Positions 12,352 to 25,946 of a stretch of 64,000 nt of DNA are shown here, in pieces. A model generated the notes under the pieces. That model ran no database searches. It saw only the letters and a list, made by a program, of their open reading frames with translations, and had not been told where the DNA came from. The stretch's first letter is position 1, and each line of letters opens with the position of its first letter. Both the position numbers and the translations under genes were made by a program. This DNA comes from Octopus vulgaris (Eukaryota), in contig OX597822.1 of NCBI GenBank assembly GCA_951406725.2, forward strand, positions 56,792,001 to 56,856,000. The letters are read 5' to 3'.

Positions 12352-12395
<44 letters not shown>

Positions 12396-12449
12396 TTACA
12401 AATATATTTCAAGAAATTAAACACCTAAATTACAATTCCAATATATATA

Positions 12450-13802
12450 TATAGAAAATGCTTAACCTAAGGAAATCATCAATGACTAAATTATAAACAC
12501 ATCAAGTCCTACAACATATCTAAATAAACATTATGGGAATGAATAATTTAGTGAAAGATTTACCCCTATCTATACAAGTATGAATAACTATTTTGATGTC
12601 AAACGTAAGTTAATAGTGTTTAATAAGATTATTTAGTAAAAACCACTACGTACGTTATAAATTTATTGAATAAAACTAATAAACAAATTTAAAAAGGAAG
12701 AATACTTATCGACATAATGTTTACTCCTCGTTCAAGTGTAAATGGCCGCTCCCTGTCATGTGCTAAATATTATGGGAATAACATAAATAACATAACACAA
12801 TCTGAAAAATTCTCTAAAACTAATAATATTAGAGGTTGAATTCAAGGGGAAATAATAACAAGAAATATGCTATACTCTTAAATCTATCTGTAACTGGATA
12901 TTTTTATAGTGTTTAAGATTTAGAGATTTATATTAGATAAATGTGGCCTGTCTATTCCTTTTAAGGTAATATTGCTTAATAAATTCTTGGTTCTTGTTAT
13001 ATCCGTATCTAATACTACTATAAATTCTATTATAACTTCAGTTAACTATATTCTTCATAATTGTGTAAGAGATGAAATATTGGCGGGGGGGTGGTTATAA
13101 TTTTATACATTTTTCATTTTATTATACGCAAAGTTATTCCTGTGTGGGAATTTTTTCACCACTTTTCAATACTGATCAGTAATATCTCTCTCGACTGGAG
13201 TATTTCCATAAACTCTGTTGTTCATAATAGGCACATCGTATTACTTATTCTATATGATTTCGCTCTACAAATGTTATTCCAATTAAGGGTGTATTCTATT
13301 TTATTAGATTTCAATCCCACGTGTATTTACTTAGAGCTGTCGAATTTATTAATTTGGGAATTTTGACGGACTGATAATCCTGGGAAATGCTTCTTTTAAT
13401 TTCGTTCGCTGTGGATCCAATATATTCTTTCTTATTATTATTAGAGGTTACAATACATTTATAAATTACGTTATCTAGGTTGCAATTATTATTAAACCTA
13501 CGTGTGTATTTATTTAAAATACGGTTATGTTTATTGTTTGTGATAGTCCTTCCGTAGCTTTTGTTAATATTAGTTAAATTGTTATTATAGAATTTGTTTA
13601 ATTTGAAATTGTTTATTGAGGACATAATATTACTTAATTTTATTGTTGTAGAATAGCCCACACTGATAGTTTTGTTGGAGAATATTTTCAAGTAAGTTTT
13701 GCTCATTTTAAAGAATGTTTTTGTGATGTTCGGAATTTCTATTATTAAATTAGTCTTGATTTGGGCCCCATAAGGGATAATTAACCATATAATTTACTTA
13801 TG

Positions 13803-13886
<84 letters not shown>

Positions 13887-14738
13887 TTTGTTCATTGTCT
13901 GTGTATTCTTCGTGGGTATATAATAATTATGCTTATTATTCCCTAATATTTTAAAAAATATTCATAAATATTCTTTAATACTATCGTCTATACCTTTAGT
14001 AAATTGTAAAATAATAATTATGCTTCTTTTTATTTGAATTATTTTTGGTATTATCCTTAATATAATCATTATTTTTTTTATCTATACGTATACTTATCTT
14101 TTTTTATTTCCTTATCTTCTTTATTATCTTTGCTATTACTTCTATAGTTGGTTTGAGCGTTAAGATCCTTATTAGTATTATTATTGGGTCCGTAATTATT
14201 AAAGAATTCAATTTTTTAATTATACCATCTTTCTTTTAAAACACTATTATAGTAAAGAGACATATTTATTGAAATTTCTATATCCGAGGATACCATAGAA
14301 ATTCTTTTACCTATATTGTTTATTAGTACTTTTTTGACAGAGCTAGAATGATTGCTATGGGCATTAATGTAGTTAATGTTCTCCTTTCACTTACGGGATG
14401 GTTGGGTTTTATTAATTACTAAGTTTAGGTTTGTATCTAGGTAGTTAACTGCAGAATGCTCTTTCTCTATAAATATATCTAAACCATAATTCTTAAAGAA
14501 TTTGTATAGTTTTTGTTTATGGTTTCTAATGATCTATTAGTGCAGTTATTAGTTATAAGGAGTAGGTCGTCGCTACAAATCCCTCCTTTTATGATAAGGT
14601 GTTCTAACCCAAGTTCAGATAATAGGTATATTCCTACTAAATCTGTTATTTGTGCAGAGTCTGGGACACCGATGGGTATATCAAAGCAATCCCTAGTGTC
14701 CTTCCTATCCCATTGTTTATTTTTACATCTAATTTGGG

Positions 14739-14740
<2 letters not shown>
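12450..14740 (-). mobile_element. Degenerate AT-rich PLE (RT and GIY-YIG remnants)
   Basis: Minus-strand frames give CFDIPIGVPDSAQITDLVGIYL, GGICSDDLL (YRDD-like) and VIYKCIV...EYIGSTANEIKR...TALSKYTWD. Confidence 0.75.
13803..13885. repeat. (TAT)n microsatellite
   Basis: Direct reading. Confidence 0.95.
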
Positions 14741-14776
<36 letters not shown>

Positions 14777-14777
<1 letters not shown>

Positions 14778-14930
14778 TACGGATTTCTTTCAGTTTCCGT
14801 CCACCAAATCCACTCACAAGGCTATGGACGCCCCTCGGCTGCAGTAGAAGACACTCGAGATGCCACACAGAGGGAGTGAACTAGCAACCATGTATTTGTG
14901 AAGCAAGCTTCATACCACACAGTCACGCCT
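14777..14930 (-). mobile_element. SINE family A 5' half
   Basis: tttcagtttccgtccaccaaatccactcacaaggc...accacacag. Confidence 0.75.
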
Positions 14931-15478
14931 ATTTTGTTTAATTATTTATGTATCTATGCATGTGTGTGTATCTATATATGTATACACATACTTGTTTATA
15001 TCAACGTACGTACTCGTATTATCATGTGTATATTTTTCATGTGTATTGAATGTGTATATTTATGTATACTTTCATTTTTTTTTTTTACTAAAAATCGAAT
15101 AATAAACAACTTGACCCATTTAACCAACTTACCTTTTTATCTGTATCATTCGGTAAAGATCAGATCATTGATTAATCAAATTTGAATCATTACTTAGACG
15201 TCGAAGTTTACCAATTAAGATTGATTATATTTTTGTATTTACACACCATAATCGTCTGTAAATGATTGTTCAATGAAACGTGTGATGAAATATTCAAAAT
15301 ATCAATAACTTATTTTCTGTTTATTTCTACTATATATGTTTTTTTTACTGTTATAGACCTAGTTAATATTCATGTTGCTTTAGAGAAGGCTTATATGAGA
15401 ACAGGAGTGTAAAATAAAAGGAAAATTGAGAGATTATTCCAGTGTTTACTTAAGGTTCACTTCAGCATGTCAATGTAC

Positions 15479-15509
<31 letters not shown>

Positions 15510-15632
15510 TGTATGTATGTATGTATGTATGTATGTATGTATGTATGAATGTATGTATGTATGTATGTATGAATATATATATATATACATACATATATAT
15601 ATACATACATATATATATATACACACACACAC

Positions 15633-15663
<31 letters not shown>

Positions 15664-15665
15664 TA

Positions 15666-15808
15666 GGCGCAGGAGTGGCTGCGTGATAAGAAGATTGCTC
15701 CCCAAACACGTTGATCCAGGTTCAGTCCAACTGCACAGCACCTTGGGCAAGTATTGTCTACTATAGCCTCGTGCCGCCCAAAGCCTCGTCAGAAGATTTG
15801 CTAGACGT
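15666..15808 (+). mobile_element. SINE family A 5' half (tRNA-like head)
   Basis: ggcgcaggagtggctgcgtgataag...ggttcagtcc...ccttgggcaagt. Confidence 0.8.
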
Positions 15809-15857
15809 ATTTGCATTCAGTATACGTTATGTCGTTTTTTTATACATTTTTTCATAT

Positions 15858-15889
<32 letters not shown>

Positions 15890-15890
<1 letters not shown>

Positions 15891-17760
15891 GAGGAAGAAT
15901 TCACAAAAAAATAAAAGACGAAGACAGGTGGTGCAGTCAACGCTCGGGAAGTGAAAAAGTCTTTAACGTTTCGAGTCTACGCACTTCCACAGGAATGAAC
16001 AAAGAAAGAACCAACGAGAGAAAATAAATAATGTGTAGTGTCTAGCGATCTATCATGGCGAATGCCGGACAGAAGGGTCACACAGGAGAGCTAGGGAGAA
16101 AGGGAGATAATAAAGTAGTGGTGATCCCAAAACGAAGGTGCGCGTTCGTGTGTATAAGAGAGTTTGTGTATGCGTGTGGAAGACCGTTGGTGATCTTGAC
16201 GTGTAGGTGTGAAAATGTTGGTCTAGGAAGTGGTCAGTGCTGATTTGTGTGTGGTGGTGTGTTGTGATGTGTTGCGTGGCATGGTGGTGTAAGGTGTAGT
16301 GGTGTGTGGTATGGTGTGATGGTGTTGGGTGGTGGGGTAGGCGAGAGTGGGGAAAGCAAGAGTGGGGGTGTTGTTAGGCTGAGGGTGGGTTAGAGATGAA
16401 GCATGTGGGTAGGCGGAGAGTGGGGTAGAGGAGAGGTATAGGGGTAGGTGGAGGGTGGGGGTAGAGGAGAGGTATGTGGGAGTGGGTGTAAGAGATGAGG
16501 TGGGATGGGCTGGGAAAGGATAGGGAAGGTGGGGTGAAATGTGTAAGGCTTACGAGGGAGGGGTGACGATGAAGTGGGGGAAGGAGAAGGTGGGTAGGAG
16601 TGAAGAGAAGAGAGCAAGACAGTAAGAGTGAAGAGAAGTAGGAGTCGGAGCAAGAGAGAAGTGGTGGGTGGGAGTAAGTAGGTGTGAGGGTGAGAGAGGC
16701 GAGGGGAGGAGAGTTGAGCCCATGTGGCGTAAAGGAGCGAAGAGAGAAGATTAACCCCTGTTCACGGCGCAAACGGGTGTCCGGATGGCTCCTGTGCAAG
16801 GACAATCCGAATACGGACAGGTGTTGCAAAGAGTGACCGGTAGAGCGGAAATGGGGCGAGACCGGTGTGTCATTGCCGAGTCGGATGTCTCGGAGGTTTT
16901 CCGCGAACCGGTCAGCCAGCGGTATCCCGTTTGACCGATATATAGAGAAGGGCAGAGAGAGCAGGAGATGCAGTAGATGTGCAGTGATGGAGTCGGTGAT
17001 GTGATTGGGTCGATGATGGGTGCCGGTGAGGAGGGTGGTGTTGGAGAGGTAAGGTCAAGTGCGGGAGTGTAGGCTGGGGTAGGAAACGAGTCGAGTTGGG
17101 AGGTTGGGTTAGGGATGAAGCTGTGGACCAAGAGGTCTCGTAGGTTGTGGGCTCGTTTGAAGAAGGGGAGGGTCGGTTAGGGAAGATGGTGAAGTGGAGG
17201 GGTCAGACTGGAGTCGCTGGAATGTTCAGAGAATGGTGCGTTGGAGAGGTAGGATGGTGGGGTGGTAGGTAAGGGGAAATTTGAGGTGGGAGACGGCGGG
17301 ACGCGTTCGGGGTGAGAGAGCAGATGCGCGGTCCACGAAACGTGCTCTGGCAAGGGCGGTGTGGATAGTGGGAAGGGGATATCCACGTAGGATTAAGTGG
17401 CGAGCCATGAGTTGAGATTGAGTCTCAAAGTAATGGTCGTCACTACAGAGCCTGCGTAGACGGAGGAATTGGGAATAGGGGATGGAAAGCTTGGTTTGTT
17501 TAGGGTGGGAGGAAGAAAAGTTTAGGTATGAGTGTGAGTCTGTGTGTTTGTAGTGGATGGAGGTGGTGAGAGTTATGAATGCTGACCGAAATGTCAAGAA
17601 AGGAGACAGGGGTGTTAGCGATAGTGCAGAAGTGGAGGGCAGGATGGAAAGATTTGACAAAAGAGTGGAAGGAGTTTAGATGCACCGATACAGTCGTCAA
17701 TATAACGGCCGTATAGTTTGGGAGTGGGACCAGTGAAATTTGAGAATATTTGGGCCTCAA
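15890..17760 (-). mobile_element. 5'-truncated GC-rich PLE: RT C-terminus, GIY-YIG, pyrimidine-rich 3' UTR and terminal hammerhead
   Basis: LYGRYIDDCIG; IHYKHTDSHSYLNFSSSHP...SIPYSQFLRLRRLCSD; IYCISCSLCPSLYIGQTG; frameshifted; (TA)n on both sides. Confidence 0.9.
15961..15997 (-). ncRNA. Degenerate minimal hammerhead at the PLE 3' end
   Basis: attc-CTGTGGA-a-gtgc(gta)gactc-GAAA-cgt-T-aaag; related to 12223-12257. Confidence 0.5.
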
Positions 17761-17789
17761 CGTATATATATATATATATATACGGGTGC

Positions 17790-18958
17790 GTGTAATTGTG
17801 TATAGAAGAATATATTAATAAAAGGAATTCCAACCTTGTCTGATTTTCACGTTTTATTTACAATCTTATAATGATATAAGATAATATAATATAATAAAAT
17901 AAAATAAAATAAAATAATAGAATGTTAAATGTTCATTCTGATTGAACTAGTACTTTCATGCATTAAATTCTGCAATCTTCAGGTTCATGTAGTAGTGGTG
18001 ACAGTCATGCTTCACAATTTTTGACTGTAGCGAGATGATTGAATCTGTGCATTAAATACAACTGTGTAGGCTCCAGATTGCTAGGTTTTGCAAACTGTAT
18101 TCTGACCAATCGGTGTGTAGTATCACTCAATTACTTAAGCTGAATGGTTGGTTGAGCTGATTGGTTTAGGCGTCACGCTTTGTTGGACATGTCAAGATTC
18201 CTGTATCTTAACTCTGGCCGAGGCAGCAATTGTTGGGCTATTTTTAGAAATGTTGTAAATAGCCTTTGTCAGAGATTTTTATAGTTTTATATTTCAATTG
18301 TCATCATCATCATTGTCAGCACCTTAATTATTGTTGCTAGTGGTGATGGTGGTGGCAATAGAACTTTTAACCCTAAATAAGATAATTTTCCTGCTATCTA
18401 AGTATTATTATTATTGCTTATTTAGCTTGGGTTCGAATTTATCAATAAAATTCTTTTCTCTGATTTTCCTCTCGATTTCACTTGGGCTGTGTAATTTGTA
18501 GAATGAAAATATTATATATATTTTCCGACCACATGTTGCCAGGTGGTTACTCAAAGGTATCTGACGGACCTCTGGGTCTCTAATCTGTTGTCGGTGTACA
18601 CGTGAGCGTTCTGATAGTGCATTTATCGTCTGACCTACATATATTTCTTCCCAATTTGGGCATTTGATGCAGTAAATTAAATTTCTGCTTTTGCAGTTCA
18701 TATTCGCGTTTGTGAATATTTTCCCAGTTTTTGTGTTTATATATTGGCCGGTATGTATGAATTGGCATGTGCCACAGCGGCTATCACTGCATTTAGATAC
18801 AGTGAATGTTTGGTCTTTGTTGCTAAGGTCAAATTTTGCCTTTGTTGGTAATTTTTTCTTTTACTAAGAACCATAGCTCGATCCGTGATTATGTCTTTTA
18901 ATTCATTACTTTGGGCAATGATTGGTAGGTTTGCTTTGGCAATGTTGAAGATATTCAT

Positions 18959-18960
<2 letters not shown>
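17790..18960 (-). mobile_element. PLE 3' fragment (GIY-YIG ORF 18411-18701, 3' UTR and hammerhead)
   Basis: MNCKSRNLIYCIKCPNWEEIYVGQT...RSRVHRQQIRD...REKNFIDKFEPKLN; TA repeats flank both ends. Confidence 0.88.
17943..17987 (-). ncRNA. Type I hammerhead ribozyme
   Basis: tgaac-CTGAAGA-ttgca(gaatttaa)tgcat-GAAA-gtact-A-gttca; canonical core, 5-bp helix I, palindromic AGTACT helix III, CUA site. Confidence 0.85.
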
Positions 18961-19000
<40 letters not shown>

Positions 19001-19825
19001 TAAATAGATAGACAGATCGATATGTGTAGATATGTGTGCGTATATGTATATGTGTGAGTGTGTGTGCGTGCGTGCCTGTGCGTGTGAGTGTGTGTGTAGT
19101 AATTTATTGAAGTCGGAAAGTTTTCACAAACTCAGTTTCGTGTAACCGATCATCAGACAGTCGTAAATGATGCATAATTATTTATAAACGGTGCAGTAAT
19201 TATAATTTAATTACTCATTGAATAAAACAACTTTTGTATCTGATTGGATAGGGCATTATTAGTATTCAAAATAACGGTAATCTGTAAGACGAAAAACGAT
19301 TGACCGTAGCGAACAAAAAAGCAAACATGAAAAAAAAGACGGAGTTGAATTAAACACTGGTAATATAAATCGTCTATACACATAGAAAGATGTAGGAAAA
19401 TACAGTAAATGAGAAGAATTTTTTTAGGAATTAAGAGTAAAAAAACCTAGAATTAAAATTAGAATCAAAATTAGAATTTTATACACGGGTAAAATGAGCA
19501 TCACAATTACAAGATAAATGCAAAAGTAAAAGCAAAAATATATACATAAATAAATAAATGATCTTACAACAGAGAGGAAAGTTGCAGTCATGTGGGAAAA
19601 ATAGCAGAAAAGGAGCTCCATAGAAGCTAAAGAGAATAGAGAGAGAAGATAAGAGGAGGGGGTAGCATTAAAAAAAAAATACCAGGAAAGCGACAATGAA
19701 AACTAAAATAAATGTTGGTTAAGATGTATAGGTAATTAAAACTGAAAGCATGTATCTAGCACGGATAGCTTTAAGCATAGAGGGAAAAGTAATTGGAAGG
19801 CATAAAACAGATAGAAAATAAGAGA

Positions 19826-19826
19826 G

Positions 19827-19880
<54 letters not shown>
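19826..19880. repeat. (GA)n microsatellite
   Basis: Direct reading. Confidence 0.95.
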
Positions 19881-19881
<1 letters not shown>

Positions 19882-20204
19882 AGGGTAAATATATATGAAA
19901 GAGTTAATGACTAAACAACGAACACGCAGACACAGAAAAAAAACCGATTGAAACAAAAAACAAAAAAAAAGGACGAAATTCAATTTCAAAATATGCACGT
20001 TTCCTGTTTGTGTGTCTGCATTTGTACGAACGTATGTTTGTATGCATGCATGCATGTTTCAATGTATGCATGTATGCATGCATGTATGTATATATGTAAT
20101 TATGTATGTATGCATGTATGTATGCTTCTATGTATGTATGCATTTATGTGTGTATGCATTTATGTATGCATGCATGTATGTATGTATGTATGCATGCATG
20201 CATG

Positions 20205-20250
<46 letters not shown>

Positions 20251-20255
<5 letters not shown>

Positions 20256-21555
20256 TAATAAATAAATAAAACATATGCATATATACATACATATATGTAC
20301 GTACCTACCTCTACATGTATATATACATACATATATGGGTACAGGACACCAAAAAAACGTCGAACACAATGAGGAACGTAGACATAAACACAAAACCAAG
20401 GAAATGGACATTTTTCTTAAACAACGAAAAAATAGAGTACAGGACATACAAAACAAGGAAAATTCCCCTTCTTCAGTCGTCTTTGTTTCATCTACTCCAC
20501 GTTTCGAAGGTCAAGGCGATACGTTGTTTAAGAAAAATGTCCATTTCCTTGGTTTTGTGTTTATGTTTTCGTTTCTCATTGTGTTCGACGTCTTTTTGGT
20601 GTCCTGTACCTATATATGCATCTATATATACATGTAGATGTAGGTACGTACATATATGTATGTATATATGCATATGTTTTATTTATTTATTAATTTATTA
20701 TATGACGGAACGCACGCATCCATTTCTAAGTAAGATTGTTCTTAATATTAATAATGATGCGCACTCTTAACCTTTCTCTCCCCTCCCTTTCTCAGCCTTC
20801 ATTCTTTTGGCTTTCCTTTTCTTCTACTTTACTGTCTCTCCCTCTCTCTCTCTCTCATTCTTCATTCTTTCGCCTACAACCATTCCTTTTTTTCTCCCCC
20901 TTTTTTCTTACTCCTCCTCCTCCCTCCCGTCGCGGACAGGTGATGAGAAGGCTACTACTGTCTTTCTTCTCCTGGCTACCTCCAAGTAGAGACGGCAAAT
21001 CTGTTGCTCCCTCGCCGTTCTCAAAAAATAGCGTTCGTAAAAAAGTTTATCTCGTTCGGCTTAACAGCCCTTCTTGTTTGTGTTACTGTTATTCTCCGTG
21101 TCCTGTCTTTTACTGTTTATATTTTGTACTATCGTTACTGTCCTGTTTTTGTTACCATTTTTACCCATCCGCAAAAAAATCTCAAATTTTATTTAATTAG
21201 ATTTTCGCGGGAAGGAAAGTTTCATTAAAGTCATGTATCGCCTTGACCTTCGAAACGTGGAGTAGATGAAAAAAAGGCGACTGAAGAAGGGGAATTTTCC
21301 TTGTTTTGTATGTCCTCTACTCTATTTTTTCGTTGTTTAAGTAAAAAGTCCATTTCCTTGGTTTTGTGTTTATGTTTTCGTTTCTCATTGTGTTCGACTT
21401 TCTATTGGTGTCCTGTACCCATATATGCATGTATATATACATGTAGAGGTAGGTACGTACATATATGTATGTATATATGCATATGTTTTTTTTATTTATT
21501 AATTTATTATATGACGGAACGCACGCATCCATTTCTAAGTAAGATTGTTCATAAG
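20251..21555 (+). mobile_element. Non-coding element with Penelope-type architecture: inverted copy (20251-20521) followed by direct repeats 20522-20745 and 21331-21555 (period 809)
   Basis: Direct and inverted matches are visible; (TA)n on both flanks; no credible ORF. Confidence 0.8.
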
Positions 21556-21699
21556 ATATATATATATATATATATATATACGTAAAAAATCAGTCCAGTC
21601 AATTCAAAATATGAATAATAGAACGTAAGTCTTAAAGTAATAAAAAATATAATAATATATCTTAAACATGTGTGAAACATATATCGTGACCGATAAATC

Positions 21700-23050
21700 T
21701 CATCCATATAAAAAGAAGAATGCTTTTCTTTTCAAGGTTATGCTAAAATAGCAAATAATGGAAATGCTAATTATTCAATGGCAAGTATTCCTAAATCAGA
21801 AACTTTGAAGAATGTTTACATCCTCTGAAAATTTCAGATTTACGATTCAATACAGATTTATCTTAAAATATTTTTTCTTTAAGCATTAAGTGCTAAAAGC
21901 ACTACATAAAATAGCCACAAGATCCATGCTTGTATGGATTTACTTTTTCCAAAATAGACCATTGTTAAAAGAAAAGAACCAATTAAAAGAAAGAACAAGT
22001 TTCTTTTAATCGCTGTTTTTGTTTAAATAAACTTGGTGACCTTTTTCCGGTTGTTTAAATGAATTGCGCTTATAAAATCTCGTTCTAGAGTTGTTTACTG
22101 GGGCTCTTTGCATAAGTTTTATATATAGGGCTATTATCTATCTGCCCTTAGCTCTATAACCAACTCATTTACTCAGGCAATTACCATTAAGAGTGAAATC
22201 ACAAGGGTCTTTGAAATTACACTTATAGCCACCTTTATATCATTGGGTTTGCCCTGCCTGCATATATTATGTACCGAATAACGCGAAGAACCCTTTAGGG
22301 TTCTTCTTTCTAGAATTCTATTATACTTATGGTCACTTAGAAAATGCCTAGTTACCAAAACTTAAAAATTCTCTAGGTACATTAGTCCTAAAATTTATAC
22401 AAAATAAAGGGTTGAAGCACATAACCTTTCTAGTTATAGTTCCGTGTGATATTGCAGGGTTATTCTCACTGCTAACATTATTCTTAAGTGCAGCACTGTA
22501 GTACATATAGATGTTGTCGAAAGTCGTCTCAATTAGACGGTGGATATTCGCTTACATATGTATAACTATGTTCTTAAGTATACATAGAGTGATTGGAACC
22601 CTTACTAATATAAGATAACCTTTCATTAGGTTTATGATAAAGAATGTAGATCCAAATAGATAGCTATACAATTGGCACTGCTATGGTTCGTATGAACTGT
22701 AATATCTAAGCATATACACAAGACGAATGCAATAAACTTCTTCCTACAGAACTCATGTCCATTCAGGTTGCAGGTAACACTAAGGCCGTCATCCCTGTAT
22801 ATACCCGCATCTAAATATGGGTATTCGGTTTTAGTATATTAAAGAATCCAACCAGAATAATAAAGATCGTTTTCCGTGAGTAATCTTTTGAATCAAAACA
22901 GCCGTCTTTCTGCCATAATATGATGTTTATTTCTTCGAATACAAATATGGTAGGAAGAAATGTTACGAAGGATAAATTAGAAAATAAATTGACAATGTCA
23001 AATGTTATTAAATATTATATGATTGAATACACTATAATTGAATGCACATT
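21700..23050 (-). mobile_element. Highly degenerate PLE RT fragment
   Basis: Minus strand at about 22780-22812 reads DAGIYRDDGL; SEYPPS follows at about 22535-22552. Confidence 0.7.
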
Positions 23051-23229
23051 AACATTAAAACACTATTTCGGGAAATGTAACTCATGCTAATAGAAGGAAG
23101 ACAAGAATAGAGAAACAACATAACAAATTAGCAAATCAAATTATATGATATATATCATGTGAAAGGAAGCGGAAATATTGTAAAACTCTAATGGACTTCG
23201 GAGCAATACAGTATTTTTACATAACATAA

Positions 23230-23868
23230 CGTTCATGTGCATGTATGTGTGTGTATGTGTGGATGAATCTGCTTTGTCGGGTTATATACATGTAGATCAG
23301 TGTTTACAGTTGTGTGTATGTTCGCTTGGTACAATGTGCGTGTATTTTGTGCTCCTGTCAAATGTTTGTGCTTTGATTGCGTACGCATTAGTGTATACAC
23401 GTATGTGTTTATGAATCAGTCTTCGCGAGTATGTGCTTGAGTGTGCATGCGCTTTTGTGCGTATTTCAACGAAGTCTGTGTTCATCTATGTATTTGTGTG
23501 TGCATTTGAGTTTTGTGTACCTTTCTGTGTCGGATGTGTTGTTGTATGTATACTTGTGTGTGTGTGTGATTTATTGTGTGCCTGTCTTCACGTGCCTGTG
23601 CGTGTCTGCGTTTTATGTGTGTACGTATATCTGTGTATGTGAGTATGTGTGCGCGCATGGGTGTATGTGTGCTTCTGTGCACGTGTGTTTGCGTGCACAT
23701 GTGTTTATATGTATTTGTGCGTGTTAATGTGTTTCTTTGTGCCCTGTGCGTCTGCATGTGTTTCTATGTTTGTCTGTATTCATGTGTGTTTATGTGTGTT
23801 TGTGTTTGCATGTATTTTGTATGCGTTTTGCATGCTGTTGTCTATTCGTGTACCTCTGAATTTATTTG

Positions 23869-23915
<47 letters not shown>

Positions 23916-24230
23916 ATGTGTGTATGTGTGTGTGTGCGTGTGTGTGTGAGTTCGCTTATGTTAGTGCGTCGATGCCTGCATGTTTGTAAGTGCAAATGTG
24001 ATTTCATTTGTGCGTGAGTACTTTTGTGCATTCTTTGAGTGTATATCTGTGTGTGCACGCGCGTACGTGTGTGTGCACGCGCATACATGTGCGTGATTGT
24101 CTCTAGTTTTCTGCGTGATTGTCTCTAGTTTTCTGCGTGGGTGGTTGTATGTTGATTTGTGTTCGTGTGCGTCTTTGCATATATTTATATCTAAGTGTGT
24201 CTCTTTATGTGTTTTCCTATATTTGTGATT
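23230..24230. repeat. Degenerate (GT)n-rich low-complexity tract
   Basis: Direct reading; pure (TG)n at about 23871-23915. Confidence 0.85.
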
Positions 24231-24987
24231 CACTTTGATAAATCTGTTTACCAGACTAAAAATACATCATTCTTCTAAAATACCATTAATGGAAAACTCA
24301 AGTAATTTCACCGTTAATATAGTAAACGATCCTTCAAAAGTTCAACTGTGAGAGCCGCCAATTCGAAAGTGTGTGGATATAATTTCACAAGGGCACACCA
24401 ACCGGAATAAGGTGGTCAATGGACACATTATTTTAATTGTGTTGTCAACACTTAGTTAAATTGTCTTACGGGGGGAAGGCGGGGTTCAATATTATGTCTT
24501 TATAGTAATCTGTGGTTATTTGTGGTTAAGTAATTATCCAGTACAGCTAAAATAAATCCCTCTGCTTCTGCTTTTAATCCAGAACTTTTGAAGTGTTGCA
24601 TTGAAATTACTGAAAGTAATATGCGTGCAATGTAAAGAAACACTATTTTTGTAATTTGCATATATATGTTAGTCCGAGATCGTAGTTAAGTATTTGTCTG
24701 TATCACTACATTCTAGTTATTTCTATTACCAAATCATTAGACCAGATGAATTTCTAAGTTTCCTAAGTAATGTGTTAATCTTTCTCTGGAGAGTGAGTTA
24801 CAACCATCCTTGAGAACCTTGGCAATAATATCCGGCTCTTTAATTCTCATCGTCGCTTTGAGACACTTAGCATGTCTTACGGTGTAGCCACATTATTATT
24901 TTATTAGGTGACTAGAGGAAATTCATTAGTTTGATTAGAAAAATGGCCGCCGAATAAACATTTTGAAATGTTTATTTATATATATAC

Positions 24988-25019
<32 letters not shown>

Positions 25020-25021
<2 letters not shown>

Positions 25022-25872
25022 GTCGCCATTTAAAATTTTTGTTATTTCGCGCATACGCATGGATTTTGATTTTGTCGACTATACAGTATAGTAGGGTCAG
25101 TTAGGGACCGTCTGTGACAAAAACAGCACCATGATGCAATTCATTCTGCCAGAAATTTGGGAACGATACGCTGTACTGCTTGGCATTCGCGCCGGAAGTT
25201 CCAATACGAATGTTTGAGTGTCAATCTGAGGACAGTGCAATCTGAGGACATGTACCAGGAGTGATAAAAATCAAACATCCAGTCAACATCATGGTGTTTG
25301 GAGTGATCACTAGTGATGGTAATAGTATGCCTCCATTCATCTTCCCACACGGCCTCAGACTCAATTCAGAGGCCTACATCAAGTGCCTGAAAGAGGTAGT
25401 GCTACCCTGGGTCAAAAGGGTGGCTGCTGGAAGACCCTATGCCTGGCAACAGGATTCTGCACTATGCCACACAAGCAGAAGAACCCAGTCATGGCTGTCA
25501 GACAATTTATGCGGCCACATATCCCCTAACAGCTGAACACCTTACTCCCCAGACTCCACATCCTTGGTTATTATGTGTCGGGCACAGTTGAGCGAGAGGC
25601 CAACAAAGCTCCTTGTAACATAAATGATGAACTGAAAGCATGGATTATGGCAGCATTCACCAACTTGAACAGGGAGACCGTGCAGAAGAATTGCAGGAGA
25701 TTCTGAAGTTGTCTGGAGGGCGTCGTTGAATCCAACCGCGACTTTATTGAATAAATTTACTCTTTAGTATTTCAAGATATTTTTCTGTAATTTTGGTAAA
25801 TATATCTGTTAAAATGAGACATCAACATTATTTTCTTTTTTATGTAAGTTAGACAACAGTTGATTCACTGCT

Positions 25873-25875
<3 letters not shown>
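25020..25875 (+). mobile_element. Internally deleted Tc1/mariner transposon, probably maT (DD37D)-like
   Basis: KHPVNIMVFGVITSDG...WQQDSALCHTSRRTQSWL followed by a degenerate PYSPD...YYV motif. Confidence 0.8.

Positions 25876-25946
<71 letters not shown>

Noticed and set aside
16240-16710. G-rich purine tract suggesting G-quadruplexes or Pro-rich ORFs
   Set aside because: It is the pyrimidine-rich 3' UTR of the adjacent minus-strand PLE
19130-19160. Minus-strand CTGATGA-tcggttacac-GAAA-ctgagt
   Set aside because: Core present but helix II and helix I do not pair; at best a decayed hammerhead
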